NCBI GenBank assembly: GCA_030390025.1
Contig: CM059431.1
Location: 152,770,001-152,834,000, forward strand
Direction of reading: 5' to 3'
DNA from: Squalus acanthias
Taxonomy: Eukaryota
Length of the DNA stretch: 64,000 bases
Position numbers and translations under genes: made by a program. The notes under the pieces are model-generated. The model did no database searches. It was not told the DNA's origin and was given only the letters and a program-made list of their open reading frames with translations. Below, piece by piece: positions 1 to 11,270 of the stretch (the stretch's first letter is position 1; every line of letters starts with the position of its first letter).

Positions 1-8
1 TTCCACAG

Positions 9-53
9 ATGTTAGGGCTTGGAAACCAATTAGTTGCAGGAGGAGACAGTGCG
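9..53 (+). other. Candidate 45-nt internal coding exon of an unidentified upstream gene
   Basis: Flanked by cacAG and GTGAGT. The phase-1 frame is open (DVRAWKPISCRRRQC). No homology recognised. Confidence 0.2.
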
Positions 54-78
54 GTGAGTTCTCCTTCCAGTGCAATAA

Positions 79-858
79 GTCATAGAGTCATAGAGTCATA
101 ACGGCACAGAAGGAGGCCATTCGGCCCATCGAGTCCGTGCCAGCTCTCTGTAGAGCAATCCAGTCAGTCCCATTCCCCCGTTCTTTCCCGTAGCCCTGCA
201 AGTTTATTTCCCTCAAGTGCCTATCCATTCTCCCCTTGAAGATATTGAGTGTCTCCGCTTCCACTACCTCCATCAGCAGCGAGTTCCAGGTCCTCATCAC
301 TCACTGCGTATAAAAGTTTTTCCTCACATCCCCCTGTATCTCTTGCCCAAAAGCTTAAATCTGTGCCCCCTAGTCCTTGTGCCATCAACTAGTGGGAACA
401 GCCTTCGTCTAGCCTATCCAAACCCCTCATAATCTTGTACACCTCTATCAAATCACCCCTCAACCTTCTTTGATCAAATTAAAACAAATCCAGCTTCTCC
501 AACCTGTCCTTGTAGCTAAGATCCCCCATCCCAGGAACCATTCTGGGAAATCTCCTCTGCACCATCTCAAGTCACATCCTTCCTGAAGTGTGCTGACCAG
601 AACTTGATGCAATACTCCATTTGTAGCCTAACCAGCGCTTTATAAATGTTCAGCATAACTTCTCTACTTTTGTACTCAACACATCTATTTATGAAGCTCA
701 AGTTCCCATATGCTTTGTTAACCACTCTCTCAATATGTCCTGCCACCTTCAGGGACCTATGCACATTAACTCCCAGGACCCTCTGTCCCTGCACACTCTT
801 TAAAACTGGGCCATTAAGTGTACCTTGCCTCTCCCTGTTCCTTCTGCCAAAATGCATC
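79..858 (-). mobile_element. CR1-clade LINE 3' fragment, decayed
   Basis: ORFs 567..857 and 88..300 match the CR1 ORF2 C-terminus (HFGR, LYKALVR..EYC.FWS, WNSL). Terminal (GACTCTAT)n tail at about 79-100. Confidence 0.85.
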
Positions 859-1068
859 GAGGATTGTTGGTTAGTATCTCAACGTATAAACAACAAGCAC
901 ATTGGGTGAAAAGCAAATCAATAGAATCAAAGGCATCAGACACGAACACTGACATGTTTAATCGGATTGAACGATGAATTCAGATGCTTACAATTAAAAC
1001 TTTGGAAAATAAGCAGAGTTATAAACAAAGAACGCATTGTTTCTGCCTCCTGTTCCCTGTATGTCCAG

Positions 1069-1142
1069 ATGAATTCGGTCCTCTCCCTCTGACCAGTGAC
1101 CCTTCAGGATCTGCCTTTATTCATTTTGAAGAATTCTACTGA
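1069..1142 (+). other. Candidate terminal coding exon of the same unidentified gene
   Basis: Pyrimidine-rich acceptor ending ccAG at 1068. The phase-1 frame reads (D)EFGPLPLTSDPSGSAFIHFEEFY* and is compatible with exon 9-53. Confidence 0.2.
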
Positions 1143-1341
1143 TTGCAGTGGAATTTATACAGTTCACATGCGGTCCAGTAACACTGAAACTAAAACCAGT
1201 GGTTCCTGTTTCGAGTGTGATGCAATTTACTTATTAACTATTCCACACCATAGCCGCCTAGAAATAATTCAATAATTGCCAAAAAAGCTGTGACAGGTTA
1301 CTAGATTGATAGCGGATGGTTTAATTTCCGTCTAAAAACGA

Positions 1342-2330
1342 TTACATTACATAGGATATACGGCACAGAAACAGGCCATTCGGCCCAACCAGTCAATGCC
1401 GTTTGTGTATGGTCCACTCGAGCCTCCTCCCGTCTTTCCTCGTCTAAATCTATCAGCATAGCCCTTTATTCCCTTCTCCCTCATATGCTTGTCTAGCCTC
1501 CCCTTAAATGCATCTATACTATTCGCTTCAAGCACTCCCTGTGGTAGCGAGTTCCACATTCGCACCAATCTTTGGGTAAAGATGTTTCTTCTGAACTCCC
1601 AATTGGATTTCTTGGTGACTATCTTATATTGATGGCCTCTAGTTGTGCTCTTCCCCACATGTGGAAACATTCTATCTGTATCCATTCTATCAAAGCCTTT
1701 CATAATTTTAAAGGCCTCTATTAGGTTACCCCTGAGCCTTCTTTTTTCAAGAGAAAAGCGACCCAGCCTGTTCATCCTTTCCTGATATGTATCCCCTCGC
1801 ATTTCTGGTATCATCCTCGTATATCTTCTCTGCACCCTCTCCAGTGCCTCGATATCCTTTTTATAATATGGCGACCAGAACTGTACGCAGTGCTCTAAGT
1901 GTGGTCTAACCAAGGTTCGATACAGGTTTAGCATAACTTCCCCACTTTTCAGTTCTATCCCTCTAGAAATAAACCCGAGTGCTTGGTTTGCTTTTTTTAT
2001 GGCCTTGCTAACCTGCGTCGCAACTTTTAGTGATTTGTGTAATAAAAACAGAAAATGCTGGAAATACTCAGCAGGTCAGGCAGCATCTGTGGAGAGAGAA
2101 ACAGAGTTAACGTTTCAGGTCGATGACCCTTCGTCTGAACAGTGACTTGTGTATTTGTACTCCCAGATCCCTTTGCTCCTCTAACCCACCTAGACTCGCC
2201 TCCCACCTCCAAGTGATACGTGACCTCCCTATTCTTACTAGCAAAATGTAATACCTCACATTTATTTGTGTTGACTTCCATTTGCCAATTATATGCCCAT
2301 TCTGCAAGTTTCTTAATGTTCTCCTGAAAT
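1342..2330 (-). mobile_element. CR1-clade LINE 3' fragment
   Basis: ORF 1347..1934 (LYRTLVRPHLEHCVQFWSPYYKKDIEALERVQRR) and upstream KCEVLHF motif. Same family as 54490-57512. Confidence 0.9.
2042..2140 (-). mobile_element. 99-bp Penelope-like 3' end insertion with hammerhead-like motif
   Basis: Homologous to 25340-25440. Flanked by a 13-bp duplication AGTGA(T/C)TTGTGTA at 2029-2041 and 2141-2153. Confidence 0.75.
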
Positions 2331-2911
2331 TATGAATTCTGTATTAAAAAAATAATTCACTTGGAATTGGTTGTAAGTTAGGGTTGCGGCGAGGCCGTGC
2401 GGAAGGGCGAGACGATGTGAATCGAATGCATGGGGCGAGCAGGACTTGGATTAGCACAGGACACGATAATTGGCTGAAAATGTGAATTACCCTTTAACAG
2501 TTGTACAGGTGAAACATTAGATTGACATTATCACGGAACGAATTCCGAATATCAAATACACAGGAGTGATTGATAGGTGACTTCAGTGTTTGAAATGTTT
2601 AACTGAATGAATCAAAACGTAATAAAATTGGCTTCACTGTTGTAAAATTTATGATATTCAATTTCACACTCGCTGCTGAATCCCTTATATTGAGATTGTT
2701 GGTGTTGTTGCGCCCATAAGTCCTTATGACAGTTATGACTCTTCTGTTCTAGATTCCTAGGCTTCTGTGTTTTAGGTTTCTGTCCAATGTGTTAGCTCCG
2801 TCCAGTCTCTCGATGTTATCTTCACAGACCCTGCTATCTGGGTAAGTTTCTCACAGAAGCTCCTGAAATTAAAGTGATTTTTTTTCCCCCAAGGGTGGTT
2901 TAGTCACTGGA

Positions 2912-3184
2912 TAGAAACATAGAAACATAGTAGATAGGAGCAGGAGTAGGTCATTCGGCCCCTTGAGCCTGCTCCGCCATTCAATGCGATCATGGCTGAT
3001 CATCCAAATTCAGTACCCTGTCCCTGCTTTCTCCCCATATCCCTTGATCCCTTTAGCCTTAAGAAATATATCAAACTCCTTCTTGAATATAATTAATGAA
3101 TTGGCCTCAACTGCCTTGTGTGGTAGAGAATTCCACAGGTTCACCACTCCCTGGGTGAAGAAATTCCTCCTCATCTCAATCCTC
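2912..3184 (-). mobile_element. CR1/HER1-type LINE 3' end
   Basis: Reverse complement matches the 3' ends at 15290-15530 and 35501-35780. (TTTCTATG)n-type tail. Confidence 0.85.
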
Positions 3185-3199
3185 ATAGAATCATAGAAT

Positions 3200-4060
3200 C
3201 AAAGACGATATTCACGGAGCATCCTCCTCCCGTTAGTTGTTTAATCATCCACCACCATTCACAACTGGACTACAGAGCTTTGATCTGATCCGTTGATTGT
3301 GGGATCGCTTAGCCTTGTCTATAGCATGCTGCTTCCACTTTTTAGCATGCATGTAGTCCTGTGTTGCAGCTTCCCCAGGTTGGCACCACATTTTTAGGTA
3401 CGCCTGGTGCTGCTCCTGGCATGCTCTTCTACACTCCTCAGTGAACCAGCGCATGTCCCTTGGCTTGATGGTAATGGTAGAGTGAGGGATATGCCGGGCC
3501 ATGAGGTTACAGGTTGTGGTGGAATATAATTCTGCTGCTGCTGATGGCCCACAGCGCCTCGTGGATGCCCAGTTTTGAGCTGCTAGATCTGTTCTGAATC
3601 TATCCCATTTAGCACGGTGGTAGTGCCACACAACATGATGGAGGATGTCCTCAGTGTGAAGATGGGACTTCATCTCCACAATGACTGTGCGGTGGTCACT
3701 GCTATCAATGCTGTCATGGACAGATGCATCTGCGACAGGAAGACTGGTGAGGACGAGGTCAAGTAGGTTTTCCCTCGTGTTGTTTCTCTCACGACCTGTC
3801 GCAGGCCCAGCCTGGCAGCGATGTCCTTCAGGACTCTGCCAGCTCGGTCAGTGGTGGTGCTACCGATCCACTCTTGGTGGTGGACATTGAAGTCCCCCAC
3901 CCAGAGTACATTCTTTCAATGATTCTTACAATTGGTGTTCAACATGAGGAGTACTGATTCATCAGCTCAGGGAGGGCAGTAGTTGGAAATCAACATGAGG
4001 TTTCCTTGCCCATGCTTGACCTGAATCCATGACACTTCGTGGGTTCTGGAGTCAATGGTT
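3200..4060 (-). mobile_element. Fragment of a second CR1-like LINE family (APE endonuclease region), here called family B
   Basis: ORFs 3670..3900 (GDFNVHHQEW.GSTTTDRAG) and 3245..3679. Homologous to 40405-40870. Confidence 0.8.
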
Positions 4061-4340
4061 GACCTTGCTGTAGTCAAAAAATGGTGTATAAAGGATTATG
4101 GTTTTCAATAGTTTGCCAGAGTGGGCTTGAAAGATACAAAAAACGAATATCCACTCTCTGTATGCAGCTAAGACTGATCACCTTTACGGTGTATCAATAC
4201 AGTCTGTTCCGTATACTCCACTACTAAGTCTCATGCTTATTCGAAACGTGTTTTTGTGAACCAGAAGAAAAAGGAGATTGCTTAGCACTCACCGGCTGTG
4301 CGGGTTCCCCGGATCGCTGCGGGGCTTAAAGCGAACTTTG

Positions 4341-5800
4341 GTTGGTAGCAATGTCGCCTCTGAGTCAGAAGGTCATGGGTTCAATTCCCACTCCCAGAGA
4401 CTTCAACACAACATATAACCTGACAATCCCAGTGTTAGTACTGAGGGAGCGCTGCACTGGCGGAGGGGCAGTATTAACAGAGCACTGCACTGTCGGAGGG
4501 GCAGTGCTCAGGGAGTGCTTCACTGTCGGAGAGACAGTACTGAGGGATTGCTGGACTGTCGAAGGGGCAGCACTGAGGGAGCGCTGCATTGTTGGAGGGG
4601 CATTACTGAGGCAGGGCTGCATTGTTGGAGGGGCAGTACTGAGGGAGCGCTGCACAGTCGGAGCGGCAGTATTGAGGATGTGCTGCATTGTTGGAGGGGC
4701 AGTACTGAGGGAGCGCTGCACAGTCGGAGCGTAAGTACTGTAGGAGCGCTGCATTGTTGGAGGGGCAGTACTGAGGGAGCGCTGCAATGTCGGAGGGGCA
4801 GTACTGAGGGAGCGCTGCACTGTGGGAGGGGCTGAGGGAGAGCTGCATTGTTGGAGGGGCAGTACTGATAGAGCGCTGCACTGTCGCAGGGGCAGTACTG
4901 ACAGAGCGCTGCACTGTCAGAGGGGCAACGCTGAGGGACGGCTGCACTGTGAGAGGGGCATTACTGAGGGAGAGCTGCACAGTCGGAGCGGCAGTATTGA
5001 GGATGTGCTGCATTGTTGGAGGGGCAGTACTGAGTGAGCGCTGCACAGTCGGACCGTAAGTAATGTAGAAGCACTGCGTTGTTGGAGGGGCAGTACTGAG
5101 GGAGCGCTGAAATGTCGGAGGGGCAGTACTGAGGGAGCGCTGCACTGTCGGAGGGGCAGTGCTGCGGGAGTGCTGCACTGTCGGAGGGGCAGTACTGAGG
5201 GAGTGCTGCATTGTCAGAGGGGCAGTGCTGAGCGAGTGCTGCACTGACGGAGAGGCAGTACTGACAGACCACTGCACTGTTGGAGGGGCAGTACTGAGGG
5301 AGCGTTGCACTATCGAGGGGCATTACTGAGGGAGTGCTGCATTGTTAGAGGGGCAGTACTGAGGGAGCGCTGCACTGTTAGAGGGGCATTACTGACGGAA
5401 CGCTGCATTTTTGGAGGGGCAGTCCTGAGGGAGCACTGCACTGTTGGAAGGGCAGTACTGAGGGAGCGTTGCACTGTTGGAGAGGGAATACTGAGGTAGC
5501 GCTGCACTGTTAGAGGGATAGTACTGGGGAGTGCTGCTCTGTTGGAGGTGCCGGCTTTTGGATGTAAAACATCCCCGGAGTCCTGGCCAACAGTTACCTC
5601 TCAACCTATAGCACTAAAAAACAGTTTATCAGGTCATTATATCATTGCTATCCGTGGGAGCTTGCTGTTCGGAAATTTGCTGCCGCATTTCCTACATTAC
5701 AACATTGATTACACTTCAAAAGTATTAATTGGCTCTAAAGTGGTTTGAGAACTCCTGAAGTCGTGAAAGGCGCTATATAAATGCAAGTCTTTCTATTTTT
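4341..5800 (+). mobile_element. tRNA-derived SINE (DeuSINE/SacSINE1-like, L2-type tail) with an internal tandem expansion
   Basis: B-box GGTTCAATTCC near 4378. Tail AAAGGCGCTATATAAATGCAAGTCTT. Collinear with the unexpanded copies at 8004-8495 and 57672-58125. Confidence 0.8.
4432..5545 (+). repeat. 33-bp minisatellite (GGGCAGTACTGAGGGAGCGCTGCACTGTCGGAG)n
   Basis: About 33 diverged tandem units. This explains the 11-aa periodic ORFs. Confidence 0.95.
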
Positions 5801-5849
5801 ACAGTACGCAGCGGGTAAAAATGAACAATTAACTCCCATTTGATACCAT

Positions 5850-6230
5850 GCTCTATCTCTGTACCTGTCTCTTTCTCTGCCTCTGTGTCTCTATTTCTCT
5901 CTCCTGCTGTCCCTCTCTCCCTTTGTCCCTATCTCTCTCTCTCTCCCTCTCTCTCACTGTCCCTGTCTTTCACTCTCACTCTGTCCCTGTCTCTTACTCT
6001 CTCCTTTTTCTGTCTCTCTGTCCCTGTCTTTCTTTCTCTCAGTCTCTCTCTCTCTCTCTATCTCTTTCTCCCTCTTTCTGTCCCAGTCTCTCTCTTGCAA
6101 CAGAGAAAGTATCCGGTAAATCGCTCCCTTTTCCCGGACACGCTCTCTGTTGTGATATTTTGCTATATCTGTCTCTGTCACACTGTTCCTGTTTCTTTGC
6201 ATCTTTCAGTTCCAGTATATTTCTCTCCCT
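5850..6230. repeat. TC-rich low-complexity block (duplicated at 8550-8910)
   Basis: (CT)n/(CTGT)n-like tract. Confidence 0.85.
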
Positions 6231-6732
6231 ATATCACAGCGGGTAAAAGGGAATGATTCACTCCCTACTGCTATTGTATGGCCCGTGTGTGTGTCTCAGT
6301 ATCAGCTCCTGTACATATACAGCACACCGCGGTAAAAGGGGACGATTCACTCGCGTCTGTGACTGTATGGCCCGTGTGTATCTCAGTATCAGCTCCTGCA
6401 CATATACAGCGGGTAAAAGGGAACAATTCACTCGTGTCTGATACTTTATGGCCCATGTGTATCTCAGTATCAGCTCCTGTACATATACAGTATACAATGG
6501 GTAAAAGGGAACGATTCACTCGCGTCTGTGACTGTACGGCCCATGTGTGTCTCAGTATCAGCTCCTGTACATGTACAGTATACAATGGGTAAAAGGGAAC
6601 GATTCACTCGTGTCTGATACTTTATGGCCCGTGTGTGTGTCTCAGTGAAAGCTCCTGTACATGTACAGTATACAATTGGTAAAAGGGAACGATTCATTCA
6701 CGTGTGATACTTTATGGCTCGTGTGTGTCTTC

Positions 6733-7369
6733 GGGCTGGATTTTGTCATTGGGGCGGGTTGGGGTCGTGTCATCCGCTTTTCGTGTTATCCACCCGACTG
6801 CAAATGGATGTGGGAGAATGATGTGATTTTCCCCTAATTGGGCAATTGAGTTCCAGCATGTGGGAACCCATGACCCAATTAGTTGTTGCAGTGTGAAACT
6901 CGCCTCTGATGATGTCATCATTGCGGCTGCAGTTAGAGTCTGCAACCTTTTGTCGCAGGAGACCTAAGTCTGTTCCCGGAGGATGTTGGGAGTGAGAGAG
7001 AGAGAGAGATATTTTATTTCCTCAAACGGTCCCCCAAAATGATAGAATCCACTTTATAATGGTGCAGCTGCAGCCCTCGCCAGGTTTCACTGTCGTGTTT
7101 CAGAGCAGGCGTGTAGCACGTCAGAAACAAGTTAAAATCAGAAAGGCCCTTCAAAATGGCATTATAGAGGCAATTAAGTGGTTGTTAAGGGCCTTAAGGA
7201 CCTATCCCGCCTCTTGGAGGCGGAACGGAGACAGGGCCATTAGACACGATTTCATCAAAATTGCGTGGAGGCGGGATGGAGGTGGGTTTGGGCCCACCTG
7301 CCAGTTTCTGCAATTTTAACACCCCACACTCCTCCAATCCCGCCTCAACGGCCCTATGAAATCCAGCCC
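6733..7369. mobile_element. Non-autonomous DNA transposon (Harbinger-type MITE)
   Basis: TIRs GGGCTGGATTT / AAATCCAGCCC. 3-bp flanks TTC/TTA. It splits one satellite unit. Confidence 0.8.
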
Positions 7370-8003
7370 TTAGTGTCAGCTCCTGTACATATACAGCACA
7401 CCGCGGGTAAAAGGGAACGATTCACTCGCGTTCGTGACTGTACGGCCCGTGTGTGTGTCTCAGTATCAGATCCTGTACATGTACAGTATACAATGGGTAA
7501 AAGGGAATGATTCACTCCTGTCTGCTGCTGTACGGCCCATGTGTGTCTCAGTGTCAGCTCCTGCACATGTACAGTACACTGCGGGTAAAAGGGAACGATT
7601 CACTCCTGGCTGCTACTGTGCGGTCCGTGTGTGTCTCAGTGTCAGCTCCTGTACATGTACAGCAAACACGGGGTAAAAGGGAACGATTCACTCCCGTCTG
7701 GTACCGTATGGCCTGTGTGTGTCTCAGTGTCAGCTTCTGTACATGTACAGTACACAGCGGGTAAAAGGGAACGATTCACTCCCGTCTCGTACCGTATGGC
7801 CTGTGTGTGTCTCAGTGTCAGCTTCTGTACAGGTAGCCTGTCACAGCGGTAAAAGGGATGATCACTACCGCGTGTGTCTCAGTATCAGCTCCTGTACATG
7901 TACAGTACGCAGCGGGTAAAAGGGAATGATTCACTCCCGTCTGGTACTGTACAGCCCGTGTGTGTCTCAGTATCAGCTCCTGTACATGTACAGTACAGTT
8001 AAT

Positions 8004-8495
8004 GTCAGCCCTGGCTCAGTGCGTAGCACTATCGCCTCTGATTCAGAAGGTTGTGGGCTCAAGTCCCACTCCAGAGACTTGAGCGCAAAATCTAGGCTCA
8101 CACTCCCAGTGCAGTACTGAGGGAGCGCTGCACTGTCAAAGCGTTAGTACTGGGGAGTGCTGCTCTGTCGGAGGTGCTGTCTTTTGGATGAGACATTAAA
8201 CGAAGTCTGCCCTCTTAGGAGCATGTAACAAATCCCATGGCACTATAGCGAAGAAGAGCAGGGGAAGTCTCCCCGTGTCCTGGGCAATATTTACCTCTCA
8301 ACCAATAGCACTAAAAAAGAGTATGTCTGGTCATTATCTCATTGCTGTTCGTGGGATCTTACTGTGCACAAATAGGCTGCTACATTTCGTACATTACAAC
8401 ATTAACTACACTTCAAAAGTGCTTCATTGGCTATAAAGCAGTTTGGGACGTCCTGAGGTCGTGAAAGACGCCATATAAATGCAGGTCTTTCTTGT
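8004..8495 (+). mobile_element. tRNA-derived SINE (same family as 4341-5800)
   Basis: A-box TGGCTCAGTG, B-box-like GGCTCAAGTCC and L2-type tail. Confidence 0.85.
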
Positions 8496-8932
8496 TTTTT
8501 TACATTACTCAGCGGGTAAAAGGGTCGATTTACTCCCATTTGATACCTTGCTCTATCTCTGTACCTGTCTCTCTTTCTGCCTCTGTGTCTCCATTTCTCT
8601 CTCCTGGCCTACATGTCTCTCCCTTTGTCCCTGTCTCTCTCTCTCTCTCTCTCTCTGTCCCTGTCTCTTACTCCCTCTCTTTCTTTTTGTCTCTCCTTGT
8701 CTCTGTCTCTTTCTCTCTCTCAGGCTCTCTCAATCTGTCACTTTCTTCCTCTTTCTGTCCCAATCTCGCTCTCGCAACAGAGGAACTGACCAGAAAATCG
8801 TTCCCTTTTCCCAGACACGCTCTGTGATATTTGTATATATCTGCCTCTGTCACTCTGTTTCTGTTTCTGTTTCTTTGTGTCTCTTAGTTCTGCATATTTT
8901 TCTCTCTATAGCACTGTACGCTGTCGGTAAAA

Positions 8933-9368
8933 GGGCAACACGGTGGCATAGTGGTTAGCACTGGTGCCTCACAGCGCCAGAGACCCGGGTTCGAATCTGA
9001 CCTCGGGTGACTGTCTGTGTGGAGTTTGCACATTCTCCCCGTGTCTGCGTGGGTTTCCTCCGGGTGCTCCGGTTTCCTCCCACAGTCCAAAAATGTGTGG
9101 GTTAGGTTGATTTGGCTATGATAAATTGACCCTTAGTGTTAGGGGGGATTAAATATGTGGGGTTATGGGGATAGGATGGGATATGTTAGGGGGAATTAAA
9201 TACGTGGGGTTACGGGGGTAGGGTGGGATATGTGTATTGTGGGGATTAAAGCAGGGACAGGGTACTGGATTTGGATGATCAGCCATGATCGTATTGAATG
9301 GCGGAGCAGGCTCGACCGGCCGAATGGCCTACTCCTGCTCCTAGATTCTATGTTTCTATGTTTCTATG
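8933..9368 (+). mobile_element. V-SINE (HE1-like) with CR1/HER1-derived 3' tail
   Basis: tRNA head (TGGCATAGTGG, GGTTCGAATC). V-domain GTGTGGAGTTTGCACATTCTCCCCGTGTCTGCGTGGGTTTCCTCCGGGTGCTCCGGTTTCCTCCCAC. Tail matches the LINE ends at 15440-15530 and ends (TTTCTATG)n. Confidence 0.9.
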
Positions 9369-10014
9369 AATGATTCACGCCCATCTGCTACTATATGGCC
9401 TGTGTGTGTCCCAGTGTCAGCTCCTATACATGTACAGTACAGAGTGGGTAAAAGGGAATGATTCTCTCCCATCTGCTACTATATGGCCTGTGTGTGTCTC
9501 AGTGTCAGCTCCTGTACATGTACAGTGCACAGTGTGTAAAAGGGAATGATTCACTCCTGTCTGGGAGTGTACAGCCTGTGTGTGTCTCAGTGTCAGCTCC
9601 TGTACATGTACAGTACACAGTGTGTAAAAGGGAATGATTCTCTCCCATCTGCTACTATAGGGCCTGTGTGTGTCTCAGTGTCAGCTCCTGTACATGTACA
9701 GTGCACAGTGTGTAAAAGGGAATGATTCTCTCCTGTCTGGGACTGTACAGCCTGTGTGTGTCTCAGTGTCAGCTCCTGTACATGTACAGTGCACAGTGTG
9801 TAAAAGGGAATGATTCTCTCCTGTCTGGGACTGTACAGCCCCACTTTGTGCAGCCGGTGACCCATGTCTCAGAGTCATGGCCCCAGGGGTCTGCCCGGGG
9901 CCTCGGAAAGGGCCCCGAGCGTCCCGGAGCCAGGGGGTGGGGGTCAGCGGGAGCATGACAGAGAGACAGGGAATGAGATTATAGTGGAGGGCAACCCCGG
10001 ATAGCTGGAGGGGT

Positions 10015-10950
10015 ATCTTGCATCTCTAAAGCACCTTTCACAACCACAGGACAACCCAACCCCTCACCACCAATGAAGATCATTTCCATGATCCTCACTG
10101 CTGTGATGAAACTCAGCACACAATTTGCGCACAGTGAGATCCCACAAACAAAATGTGATAATGAGCAGTACGTCTGCATTAGCGACGTTAGTTGAAGGAT
10201 AAATATTAAGCAGAAGCCAGGGGAGAACTCCGCTGCTCTTCTTTGAATAGTTCCATGGGATCTTTTATGTCCACCTGAGAGGGCAGATGGGGCCTCGGTT
10301 TAACATCTCAGCTGAAAGACAGCCATTCCGAGAGTGCAGCGCTCCCTCAGTACTGCCCCTCCGACAGTGCAGCGCTCCCTCAGCACTGCCACTCCGTCAG
10401 TGCAGCGCTCCCTCAGTACTGCCCCTCCAATAGTGCAGCACTCCCTCAGCCCCGCCCATCTGAGAGGGCAGCGCTCCCTCAGTCCTGCCCCTCTGAGAGT
10501 AGAGTGCTCCCTCAGGCCCGCCCCTCTGAGAGTGAGCGCTCACTCAGTCCTGCCCCTCCGACAGTGCAGCGCCTCCTCAGTACTGCCTCTCCAACAGTGC
10601 AGCGCTCCCTCAGTACTGCCCCTCCGACAGTGCAGCGCGCCCTCAGTACTGCCCCTCCGACAGTGCAGCGCACCCTCAGTACTTTCCTTCCGACAGTGCA
10701 GCGCTCCCTCAGTACTGCCGCTCCGACAGGGCAGCGCTCCCTCAAATCTGCCCGTCCAACAGTGCAGCGCTCCCTCAGTACTGCCCCTCCGACGTTGCAG
10801 CGCTCCCTCAGTACTGCCCCTCCGACAGTGCAGCGCTCCCTCAGTACTGCCCTCCGACAGTGCAGTGCTCCCTCAGTACTGGTCCTCTGACAATGAGGGG
10901 CTCCCTCATTACTGATTCTCCGACAGTACAGTGCTCCCTCAGAACTGACC
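10015..10950 (-). mobile_element. SINE 3' half (10015-10330) running into the 33-bp minisatellite (10330-10950)
   Basis: Reverse complement of the 8160-8490 SINE body followed by tandem 33-mers. Confidence 0.85.
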
Positions 10951-11270
10951 CTTCGCGGGCTTTTTTGCAGAGAACAGTGCCGGGAGCGGAGAGAGCAGCA
11001 GCACAGTAAGTAGTTAAAATCACTTTCGCGGGCTTTTTTGCAGAGAACAGTGCCGGGTGCGGAGAAAGCTGCAGCACAGTGATGATTTAAACTCACTTTC
11101 GCGGGCTTTTTTGCAGAGGCCAGTGTCGGGAGCGGAGAGAGCAGCAGCACAGTGATGATTTAAACTCACTTACGTGGGCTTTTTTGCAGAGGCCATTGTC
11201 GGGAGCGGAGAGAGCAGCAGCACAGTGATGAATTAAACTCACTAACCTGGGCTTTTTTGCAGAGGCTGAC
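10951..11270 (+). repeat. 73-bp tandem monomers at the LINE 5' end
   Basis: CGCGGGCTTTTTTGCAGAG-like motif recurs at 10954, 11027, 11100, 11173 and 11246. Confidence 0.9.

Larger units (their letters stand above)
6235..9840 (+). repeat. About 88-90 bp satellite array interrupted by a MITE and two SINEs
   Basis: Unit GGGTAAAAGGGAACGATTCACTC...GTGTCTCAGTATCAGCTCCTGTACATGTACAGTA. Period is 88 between 6499 and 6587. Confidence 0.92.

Noticed and set aside
2776..2842. AG...GGGTAAGT-bounded candidate exon
   Set aside because: No recognisable product or partner exon, and splice motifs alone are insufficient.
4432..5545. CRISPR-like appearance of 27-33 bp repeats
   Set aside because: The units are head-to-tail with no unique spacers, there are no cas genes, and the context is eukaryotic.
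4342..5604. Long ORFs with 11-aa periodicity (also at 10334-11150, 45387-48537 and 61092-62373)
   Set aside because: They are translations of 33-bp minisatellites, open in several frames on both strands, with no gene structure.
5840..6256. Hydrophobic S/L-rich ORFs (also 8479-8958)
   Set aside because: They are TC low-complexity sequence.
8933..9010. tRNA genes suggested by A and B boxes (also 4341, 8004, 20822 and 57672)
   Set aside because: They are SINE heads followed by SINE bodies and LINE-derived tails, with no convincing cloverleaf.
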